54,863 nt of DNA from Candidatus Peribacter sp. UBA6535 (GTDB taxonomy: Bacteria > Patescibacteriota > Gracilibacteria > Peribacterales > Peribacteraceae), in assembly GCA_002436205.1 (NCBI GenBank), contig DJKT01000024.1:1-54863 (forward strand), read 5' to 3'. The translations under genes and the position numbers were made by a program. Positions 17,997-24,746 of the stretch are shown in pieces; position 1 is the first letter of the stretch, and every line of letters starts with the position of its first letter. Under the pieces are notes generated by a model. The model was given only the letters and a program-made list of their open reading frames with translations. It was not told the DNA's origin and made no database searches.

Positions 17997-18266
17997 ATGT
18001 CCATCAAGCGAAAGTCCAAAAAAACTCTCATAACAAAGCATCAGACGCATAAGAAAGATACCGGTTCCCCGCAGGTGCAGGTTGCTATTCTCTCAAAAGA
18101 GATTGGCCTTCTTACCAAGCATCTTCAGGAGCACAAAGGTGATAACTCCGCTCGAAAAGGTCTTCTTGGCAAAGTTGCGCGTCGTCGCACGCTTCTCAAT
18201 TACCTCAAAATGCACAGTCCTGATTCGTATCAGAAGGTATTGGATGCCAATAAGTTGAAGAAATAA
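17997..18266 (+). CDS. rpsO: 30S ribosomal protein S15
   Basis: DTGSPQVQVA.L, HL..HK.D..AR.GL..V..RR.LL.YL; ATG at 17997. Confidence 0.96.
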   Translation: MSIKRKSKKTLITKHQTHKKDTGSPQVQVAILSKEIGLLTKHLQEHKGDNSARKGLLGKVARRRTLLNYLKMHSPDSYQKVLDANKLKK

Positions 18267-18281
18267 GGTATACTTCCTAGT

Positions 18282-18563
18282 ATGCCAATTCCTCAAAAGA
18301 ATCTTAAGGATCTCTATCTGTTGTTTGCTTCTGTAAAGACAGAAAAAGACGCAAAGATGCTCCTCAAAGATATTCTGACACCACAAGAGCTTGCGTCAGT
18401 TTCTGAGCGTTGGCAGCTTGTTCAGGAGCTTGAAAAAGGCACTCCACAGAGAGATATCGCAAAGAAACTTGGTTTGAGTATCAGTAAAATCACCAGAGGA
18501 TCAAGAATGCTCCAGTACGGCAGTGGGGGATTTAAGCACTTTTTGAAGAAGCTCAAAAAATAG
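18282..18563 (+). CDS. trpR: TrpR/YerC-family HTH transcriptional repressor
   Basis: ILTPQE...ERW.LV..L...PQRDIA..LG.SISKITRGS matches the Trp repressor HTH; a TrpR-like operator follows. Confidence 0.85.
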   Translation: MPIPQKNLKDLYLLFASVKTEKDAKMLLKDILTPQELASVSERWQLVQELEKGTPQRDIAKKLGLSISKITRGSRMLQYGSGGFKHFLKKLKK

Positions 18564-18564
18564 G

Positions 18565-18593
18565 TTGACTTGCCTTCCGTAATTATGTAATGT
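18565..18593 (+). promoter_or_regulatory. Sigma70-like promoter
   Basis: TTGACT (18565-70), 17-bp spacer, TAATGT (18588-93). Confidence 0.65.
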
Positions 18594-18594
18594 T

Positions 18595-18612
18595 GTACCG
18601 TTACATGAGTAC
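18595..18612. promoter_or_regulatory. Putative TrpR operator GTACCGTTACATGAGTAC
   Basis: GTAC-N10-GTAC 18-mer, same geometry as known TrpR operators; overlaps the predicted start site, directly after the trpR-like gene. Confidence 0.7.
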
Positions 18613-18658
18613 GTTATTACTTATCAATAGGCTGAACTGGTGGAGCGCTAACATCTAG
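18605..18658 (+). CDS. Trp attenuator leader peptide MSTLLLINRLNWWSANI* (TrpL-like)
   Basis: 17-aa ORF with tandem TGG TGG (18638-18643) overlapping hairpin TGGAGCGCTA/TAGCGCTACCA. Confidence 0.8.
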   Translation: MSTLLLINRLNWWSANI

Positions 18659-18713
18659 CGCTACCAAGTCGATCCTATTTATTTCCCCCTGACTTTGTAG
18701 CTGGGGGATTTTT
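18641..18713 (+). terminator. Trp attenuator (pause, antiterminator and terminator hairpins)
   Basis: 1:2 stem 18641-18666; 2:3 stem GCTACCAAGTC (18660-70)/GACTTTGTAGC (18691-18701); terminator TCCCCC/GGGGGA (18684-18708) plus T5. Confidence 0.7.
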
Positions 18714-18717
18714 GTAT

Positions 18718-19608
18718 ATGTCTATTTCCACACTTCCATCGGCAAACCAGATACTTTCTATCTTTCGTTCTAAGGGAGTGGATAGTCGTATTGGTCCACT
18801 CAAACATGCTGATACTTCTCAGTCATCACTACTACAGTCTCTTGCACGAGAAATTTCTCAAGGAAGAGCGCAGTGCAATGAAGTACTGTTTACCACAGGA
18901 CTTGGATTATCCGATAGCCGGGAGGTTCCTTTGCGCCTTCCTGCAATACTCGTTCCCGCACTCTGTGCAATGGAAAGACAAAAGGAGCTTGGCTTTGATC
19001 CATCTCGCTACCTCGTCTACCAGGCAACAGATTTTATTGCTGACGCAAATGGTATCGATCACTCTCAAGCTTTGGAGGTCAGTAAACGTATGGAGCACTA
19101 TCTTCGAAGATATGTAAAAGAAGTGCATCCGAGTATCAAAGATCGAGTAGAGTTTCGTTTTGAACGGGATAAAGATCCGCAAGCGACCGAAGCTATAGAG
19201 CAGTTGATTGGTGAAATCTCTGATGAAGCATCTATAGCTATATTTGATCGTTTGACTGCAAATGAATCAGTGCATTCCAATCGCAATGGACAGGCTATGC
19301 GTTACGGCGCTGCGAATGTTTTGTATAACGGTGCAGATCCGGAGAGATATCCCTTTGCAGAGAGCAAAGCAGATGCACGCATCATCATTCCGATTGGAGG
19401 GCGAGCAGAGAAACCATTCTTTGCTCTTACGACAGCCGTCGCAAAGAAGAGGGGTGTAGACATAGTACCGATGGTTACACAGATAGGATCCAAGCCGACA
19501 TATCATCCTGTTTCAGATGGCAGAGCGGTGCAACAGGATTTTGATGCACTGGAAGCAGACGGTGCTCCAAAGGATGTCTTACAGAGAATTTCCCCCGTTG
19601 TCTTATGA
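18718..19608 (+). CDS. Uncharacterised protein, possibly a class Ic aminoacyl-tRNA synthetase-like (HUP) fold
   Basis: ~296-aa soluble ORF; FTTGLGLS, YLVYQATD and IIPIGGRAEKPFFALT..VAKK loosely parallel TrpRS/TyrRS catalytic motifs; no HIGH/KMSKS; fold call is a guess. Confidence 0.55.
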   Translation: MSISTLPSANQILSIFRSKGVDSRIGPLKHADTSQSSLLQSLAREISQGRAQCNEVLFTTGLGLSDSREVPLRLPAILVPALCAMERQKELGFDPSRYLVYQATDFIADANGIDHSQALEVSKRMEHYLRRYVKEVHPSIKDRVEFRFERDKDPQATEAIEQLIGEISDEASIAIFDRLTANESVHSNRNGQAMRYGAANVLYNGADPERYPFAESKADARIIIPIGGRAEKPFFALTTAVAKKRGVDIVPMVTQIGSKPTYHPVSDGRAVQQDFDALEADGAPKDVLQRISPVVL

Positions 19609-20282
19609 AGACTATTGGTGTCCTTGGCGGCATGGGGCCTCATGCTTCAATCGATTTCTACCGCTTACTTATCGAAAAAAGCGGTGGTCAAACCAATGAA
19701 GGCTTTCCGCATATTTTATTGAGCAATTTGCCGGTTCCAGATTTCATCGAAGATCGTAGCCGTGAAGAAGAAGCTGTGCAGATGGTAGAAGAAGAAGCGA
19801 AGAGATTAGAGAAGGCAGGGGCTGATTTCTTGGTGATTACCTGCAATACCATGCATGTGCATTTAGATCGATTTAGGCAAGCTGTTTCTATTCCATTTAT
19901 TTCTATGATTGGTGCAGTGGTCGATCGTGTACAAGAGGATGGCATTGAGTGTGTAGGTTTGCTTGGATCACCCACAACTATTGCTTCAGATTTGTATCAA
20001 GAACCTCTGAAGCACTTTGGCATAAAAGTACTCATTCCGGACGAAGAAGATCAATCATTCATCACGCATACTATTTTTCGCATTATTGCTGGTAAGGCAG
20101 ATGAGCATGATAGATCTAAAGTTTGTACGATCATTGATCGATTGGGAGAGCATGGAGCACAGGGGGTCATTCTTGGTTGTACGGAGCTTCCGATGTGCTT
20201 TAGAGGAATCGAGGCATCCCTACCAATATTTCGTAGTACAGAGATACTTGCTAAAGAGGCAATACAGTCTGTATATGGCTAG
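19605..20282 (+). CDS. Aspartate/glutamate-family (PLP-independent) amino acid racemase
   Basis: MKTIGVLGGMG, CNT.H and ILGCTELP two-Cys motifs; ATGA overlap with the upstream gene. Confidence 0.92.
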   Translation: MKTIGVLGGMGPHASIDFYRLLIEKSGGQTNEGFPHILLSNLPVPDFIEDRSREEEAVQMVEEEAKRLEKAGADFLVITCNTMHVHLDRFRQAVSIPFISMIGAVVDRVQEDGIECVGLLGSPTTIASDLYQEPLKHFGIKVLIPDEEDQSFITHTIFRIIAGKADEHDRSKVCTIIDRLGEHGAQGVILGCTELPMCFRGIEASLPIFRSTEILAKEAIQSVYG

Positions 20283-20343
20283 AATAAGCTTATTCGACTA
20301 TATTTTCTTTTTTAGCATCAAAAGGGGTGTATACTAGACTCAG

Positions 20344-20455
20344 ATCTTTCCTTCTGACGCCTCCTTACCTTTGCTGGGTTTACGTAAGAATCCTCTGAAT
20401 CGAGGATTGCTATGTGAATCCACATCAGTGAAGAATAATGTTGGAGGAAAGAGAT
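20344..20455 (+). promoter_or_regulatory. Long stem-loop in the pnp 5' UTR
   Basis: TCTTTCCTTC/GGAGGAAAGA, CTTTGCTG/CAGTGAAG, GGGTTTACGTA/TATGTGAATCC and AATCCTC/GAGGATT nested stems; TGTATACT -10-like element just upstream. Confidence 0.6.
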
Positions 20456-20479
20456 TTTATCTCTCTTTCTATTATTACT

Positions 20480-22723
20480 ATGTTTGGAAAAAATAAGGGC
20501 TCATCAGCTATAGCCCAAAATAAGGAATACACCGTTGAAGTCGGTGGACAAAAGCTTACTTTTAAGACGGGTATGCTTGCTGCACAAGCAAATGCAACGG
20601 TTGTCGCCCAGATGGGTGATACGGTTTGTATGAGTAACTGCACAACCAGTCGTACAGCACGTGATGGTGTGACGTTTCTTCCTCTTCAGGTTGTGTACCA
20701 GGAGAAGTTTTACGCTGCCGGTAAAGTTGCAGGTTCTCGCTTCCGCAAGCGTGAAGGACGCCCTGCAGATCTGTTTGTTCTTGCCGCCCGTGTGATCGAC
20801 CGTGGTCTTCGTCCTATGTTTGCAAAGACTATCCATAACGATATTCAGGTGTTCTGTACTGTGCTTAGTTACGACTTTGTCAGCGAGCACGATATCGTTT
20901 CTGCAAATGCAGCAAGTCTTGCCGTTGCACTTTCTGACTGTCCTGCAGATGGTCCTGTTGGCACAGTGCGTGTGGGTATCCTTGATGGTGCACTTGTTCT
21001 TAATCCAAATCACGAAGACAGAGCAAGGTGTGAACTTGATATGGTTCTTACGGCCACGAAAGATCGTGTGATTATGATCGACGCTGCTGCAAATCAAGTT
21101 CCAGAAGAAAAGGTCTTGGAGGCTATTGCCTTTGGTCAGGAAGCAGCGCAAAAGATTGCAACTGCTTTTGCTGATATTCAAAAGGAAATCGGGTCAGAAA
21201 AATGGGAAGCACCAGCAGCGTTCGAGCATGAAGAGGCTCTTGCATTCCTTAAAGAGGGTGCACTCGAAGGCATCAACAATGCAATTTTAACTCCTATGGA
21301 TAAGCTTGCACGCCGTGGATACTTTAATGATCTTGCAGATGGTGCCGCTGCAAAGCTTGAGGAGAAGTATGGACCAGCAGATGACAATGAAGAACTCGCA
21401 GAGCTCTACAGTAACGCAGGTGACATGATGCATAAGGTGGTGACTGGTGAGGTTCGTCGCTTAGTTCTGGAAGAAGGAAAGCGTATGAGTGGGCGAACGG
21501 TCGACGAGATCCGCCCTGTTGGATGCATGGTAGATATTCTTCCTGCCCGTGTTCATGGCTCAGCTCTTTTCCAGAGAGGTGAAACGCAAGGTCTTACAAC
21601 CTGCACGCTCGGTTCTCCTGGAGACAAGCTTTTGACAGAAGGAATGATGGGAGAGAAAGAAGATCGATACTTCCATCACTACAACTTCCCACCGTTCTCT
21701 GTTGGAGAAACTAGCAACCGTCTCTTCACGGGTAACCGTGAAATTGGACACGGGTACTTGGCTCAAAAAGCGTTGGAGCCTGTACTTCCTACAGAAGAAG
21801 TTTTCCCATATACGATTCGAACAGTAACAGAGATCCTCGAAAGTAATGGTTCATCATCTATGGCTGCAACGTGTGGTTCTACACTTGCACTTATGGCTGC
21901 AGGAGTTCCAATTTCGTCACCTGTATCCGGTATTGCTATGGGTCTGATGTCAGATTCTTCTGGTAAGTTTGTTGTTCTCTCCGACCTTCAAGACGAAGAG
22001 GACTTCGGAGGTGATATGGACTTTAAAGTAACAGGAACAGCAGCAGGAGTTACAGCTATCCAAATGGATATCAAGGTAAAGGGACTTCCTGATGATGTGT
22101 TCTCTCAGGCGCTTGAGAAAGCCAAGATTGGTCGTGCATCTATCCTTAAGGATATGCTGGCTGCCATCCCTGAGGTACGTAAAGAGATGAGCGCATTTGC
22201 TCCACGCATCGAAACGATCAATATTGATCCTGATGATATCCGCCTCGTTATAGGTAAGGGTGGAGAAACTATCCAAGGAATCACCAAAGAGTTTGGTGTT
22301 GATATTGATATTGAAGATAGTGGAATGGTGTTTGTTACAGCTCCTGATGGAGAGTCTATGGCAGGTGCTTCTGCTCGTATCCAAAACATTGTGGCAAAGC
22401 CGAAAGTTGGTACGACCTACGACTGTAAGATCGTGCGTATCATCGATGGCGTTGGTGCAATTGCCGAGTTCCTTGGTGGTAAAGACGGTATGATTCATAT
22501 CTCAGAGCTCCAGTGGAGCCGAACAGAGAATGTGGAGGATATCGTAAAGGTAGGGGATGAAGTAAAGGCTCTTTGCGTTGAGTACAACGCAATGGATGGA
22601 AAGACGCGTCTCTCCCTTAAGCAATTACAAGACAAGCCAGAAGGTTACGTCGATCGACCACCTCGACCTCACGGTGGAGGAGATCGAAGAGGGCCTCCAC
22701 GAAAAGGGCCACCACGAAGGTAA
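20480..22723 (+). CDS. pnp: Polyribonucleotide nucleotidyltransferase
   Basis: FLPL.V.YQEK.YAAG, R.IDR.LRP, HGSALF.RGETQ, ESNGSSSMA, GDMDFKV, KH and S1 domains; ATG 20480. Confidence 0.97.
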   Translation: MFGKNKGSSAIAQNKEYTVEVGGQKLTFKTGMLAAQANATVVAQMGDTVCMSNCTTSRTARDGVTFLPLQVVYQEKFYAAGKVAGSRFRKREGRPADLFVLAARVIDRGLRPMFAKTIHNDIQVFCTVLSYDFVSEHDIVSANAASLAVALSDCPADGPVGTVRVGILDGALVLNPNHEDRARCELDMVLTATKDRVIMIDAAANQVPEEKVLEAIAFGQEAAQKIATAFADIQKEIGSEKWEAPAAFEHEEALAFLKEGALEGINNAILTPMDKLARRGYFNDLADGAAAKLEEKYGPADDNEELAELYSNAGDMMHKVVTGEVRRLVLEEGKRMSGRTVDEIRPVGCMVDILPARVHGSALFQRGETQGLTTCTLGSPGDKLLTEGMMGEKEDRYFHHYNFPPFSVGETSNRLFTGNREIGHGYLAQKALEPVLPTEEVFPYTIRTVTEILESNGSSSMAATCGSTLALMAAGVPISSPVSGIAMGLMSDSSGKFVVLSDLQDEEDFGGDMDFKVTGTAAGVTAIQMDIKVKGLPDDVFSQALEKAKIGRASILKDMLAAIPEVRKEMSAFAPRIETINIDPDDIRLVIGKGGETIQGITKEFGVDIDIEDSGMVFVTAPDGESMAGASARIQNIVAKPKVGTTYDCKIVRIIDGVGAIAEFLGGKDGMIHISELQWSRTENVEDIVKVGDEVKALCVEYNAMDGKTRLSLKQLQDKPEGYVDRPPRPHGGGDRRGPPRKGPPRR

Positions 22724-22734
22724 GTCTCGATTGT

Positions 22735-22763
22735 AAAAGCGGCGTCTACAAGGCGCCGTTTTT
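22735..22763. terminator. Bidirectional intrinsic terminator
   Basis: AAAAGCGGCGTCT-ACA-AGGCGCCGTTTTT between convergent genes. Confidence 0.85.
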
Positions 22764-23640
22764 ATTGTATAGATTTCAGCAGTTTCAAGTGCATGCGCTC
22801 TTTCATCTGCAATATATCTTCGAATGCCTCGTGTGCTTCGTAGGGGCTACGCTCTTTCCAGAGCGGTGTTATATTTGTGACGATATGTACCAGCTCTTCT
22901 ACCTCTTTCATGACATCTGCATGAGAGAACCAGTCGATATCATGTGCGCCAAGGGAATCAAACATTTGGTTGACGCGGTGCAGTGTACGGTGCACGGCTT
23001 CTAAAAGAAGCTGCTCGCGTTTTTCGTCGATTGTATAGTGATGAATTTCGTTTTCGTAGAAGTCAGGGATTTCCTCAAAGAGTGTCTGGAGTTGCTGGAA
23101 TGCAATAATCATATTTTCCCAGTGTTCTGCGTCGAGCGCATTGTGTTTTTCTGCTTCACGAATAATATGATCGAAGTCCTTACGGGCAATGTACATCCCT
23201 TCACGGGTGTTATGGAAAACATCTTCAAAAGTTAGTCGATGCACCTCTGTTAGTGTCATTTCCTGTTGATGCGACACAAGCTTGGTGACGAATATGGCAA
23301 ACACTAGAAGAGCAGAAATACTCTGCATGCTTGCCAGTACCTTGGAAAATCCTACAGGGGTAATATCTCCGTATCCTGTAGAGGTTGCGGTAATGATGCT
23401 GTAGTAGAGTGCGTTGGCAAAACGCAATAGCGGGTCTGCTATATTGGCAAGACTTGTTGGAGCATGCTCTATTCCACCTCCCACATAACTTAGACCAAAG
23501 TAGGCAGCGGCAAACAGCACGGCCATTGCAGACCAAATAGTAAATAGTGTTGTGTACGTAAGTCCTGTAAGCATTTCAATAACGATGAATGCTCTTGGTG
23601 TTTTGCCTCTTTTGATTGTGGAAGGGTTGACGGGGGACAT
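22762..23640 (-). CDS. Potassium channel family protein (2-TM pore domain plus helical C-terminal domain)
   Basis: ALYYSIITATSTGYGDITP pore/selectivity-filter motif. Confidence 0.88.
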   Translation of the reverse strand: MSPVNPSTIKRGKTPRAFIVIEMLTGLTYTTLFTIWSAMAVLFAAAYFGLSYVGGGIEHAPTSLANIADPLLRFANALYYSIITATSTGYGDITPVGFSKVLASMQSISALLVFAIFVTKLVSHQQEMTLTEVHRLTFEDVFHNTREGMYIARKDFDHIIREAEKHNALDAEHWENMIIAFQQLQTLFEEIPDFYENEIHHYTIDEKREQLLLEAVHRTLHRVNQMFDSLGAHDIDWFSHADVMKEVEELVHIVTNITPLWKERSPYEAHEAFEDILQMKERMHLKLLKSIQ

Positions 23641-23646
23641 TATAGC

Positions 23647-23898
23647 TTAAGCAAATGATTCTTTTTTAAATGAGTTCCTTCCTGTGGCTACCATCTGTAC
23701 TCCTTTTCCAACAAGGAATAGACCTCCAACAAGGAAAGCAGTATTGATGATAGTACCGACAATTGAAGGGGCAACAGCACCAAGTTTCGATGCCTCGGCT
23801 AGTGCACCTGGAACGGGGATAGACGACTTTAAAGTGTTAAGCTGTCCAGCTGTAGACATGCCTTCGGTACCGGTGGCTAGTGTTTCTATTTTATTCAT
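23647..23898 (-). CDS. Small hypothetical membrane protein (Gly/Ala-rich)
   Basis: 83-aa ORF from ATG 23898 with C-terminal hydrophobic helix and basic tail. Confidence 0.6.
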   Translation of the reverse strand: MNKIETLATGTEGMSTAGQLNTLKSSIPVPGALAEASKLGAVAPSIVGTIINTAFLVGGLFLVGKGVQMVATGRNSFKKESFA

Positions 23899-23959
23899 AT
23901 TTACTATTGTATTATACAATATAATGAGAAATAGGGCAATTGCTCAAATATCTCTCTAC

Positions 23960-24088
23960 TTAGCTATTTTCTCCACTCAAAGCCTTGAACATACGCTTGC
24001 CTACGGCATATGTTACGAGGCCAATAACCCCCAAGCCAATAAGCTCAGGGCCGGTAAATCCGAGTGCAAGTGGCTCTCCTTCGACCAT
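23960..24088 (-). CDS. 42-aa single-TM protein MVEGEPLALGFTGPELIGLGVIGLVTYAVGKRMFKALSGENS (not in ORF track)
   Basis: ATG overlaps the upstream stop (TAATG coupling); hydrophobic core, basic C-terminus. Confidence 0.65.
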   Translation of the reverse strand: MVEGEPLALGFTGPELIGLGVIGLVTYAVGKRMFKALSGENS

Positions 24089-24474
24089 TATGCAGCAGTA
24101 TGGTATGCCTCTCCATGCCTAACTCCTGCCAAGAAGTCCATTCCATCAGAAGCTGCATCGAGTGGCGCATTGACCACTCCGCCGATTGCTCGTCCGAAAT
24201 GTCCTTTAAATACGCTGGCTACACTAGCAATGTTTTCACCTGTTTTTCCTCCGAATCCGAATACTCCTTCGTAATTTCCTACTCCATTTTTTGTCGAACC
24301 ATCAGCAGCACCCAAAACTCCACGAATAGCAGGATCTAATCCAAATCCAGAAGTAACAACGTGCCCAGCTCCTGCTAATGCTTCTCCGGGATTCTTCCAG
24401 TTATAGTCAGACGCTGTACCGGCAAAGCGGTCTAGGTGTCCTTTGTAACGACGGAGGAGTCGTACTTCTTTCAC
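24088..24474 (-). CDS. Hypothetical Gly/Ala-rich protein
   Basis: 128-aa ORF, GTG start, coupled to the downstream small ORF. Confidence 0.55.
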   Translation of the reverse strand: MKEVRLLRRYKGHLDRFAGTASDYNWKNPGEALAGAGHVVTSGFGLDPAIRGVLGAADGSTKNGVGNYEGVFGFGGKTGENIASVASVFKGHFGRAIGGVVNAPLDAASDGMDFLAGVRHGEAYHTAA

Positions 24475-24600
24475 ACGTCTATTATACTCAAATCGAATAT
24501 TTTGTCTCGTTTATTTCACAATAACTTGCAATAGCCCAATCTGCCCTGTAATCTTTGCCGGCTTCAATTTTTTGCAAGCAATCGCTCTTTTCATCATTTG

Positions 24601-24628
24601 AAACCGCCCTCTACCGGCGGTTTTTTTT
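24601..24628 (+). terminator. Intrinsic terminator-like hairpin upstream of valS
   Basis: AAACCGCC-CTCTACC-GGCGGTTT followed by T-tract. Confidence 0.65.
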
Positions 24629-24746
24629 GAACATGAGGGACAAAAAGCTCCCTTTTCCCTTTCAGCGGAGTCACTCCAGCGAAGCAAAGCTCCGCTTCGT
24701 GACATTTTTGTTATATGGGTGGCAGTTTTTCTGTAGAATCTAGCTA

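Noticed and set aside
20504-22498. Long antisense ORFs overlapping pnp (and similar shadows over valS, tig and the TPR gene)
   Set aside because: Opposite-strand shadows of well-supported genes with no recognisable motifs
23647-24474. Filamentous prophage (coat-like 42-aa peptide)
   Set aside because: No Zot-like ATPase, replication initiator or integrase nearby
24500-24746. T-box riboswitch or Val leader peptide for valS
   Set aside because: No T-box consensus (AAGGTGGTACCGCG-like) and no Val-rich short ORF found
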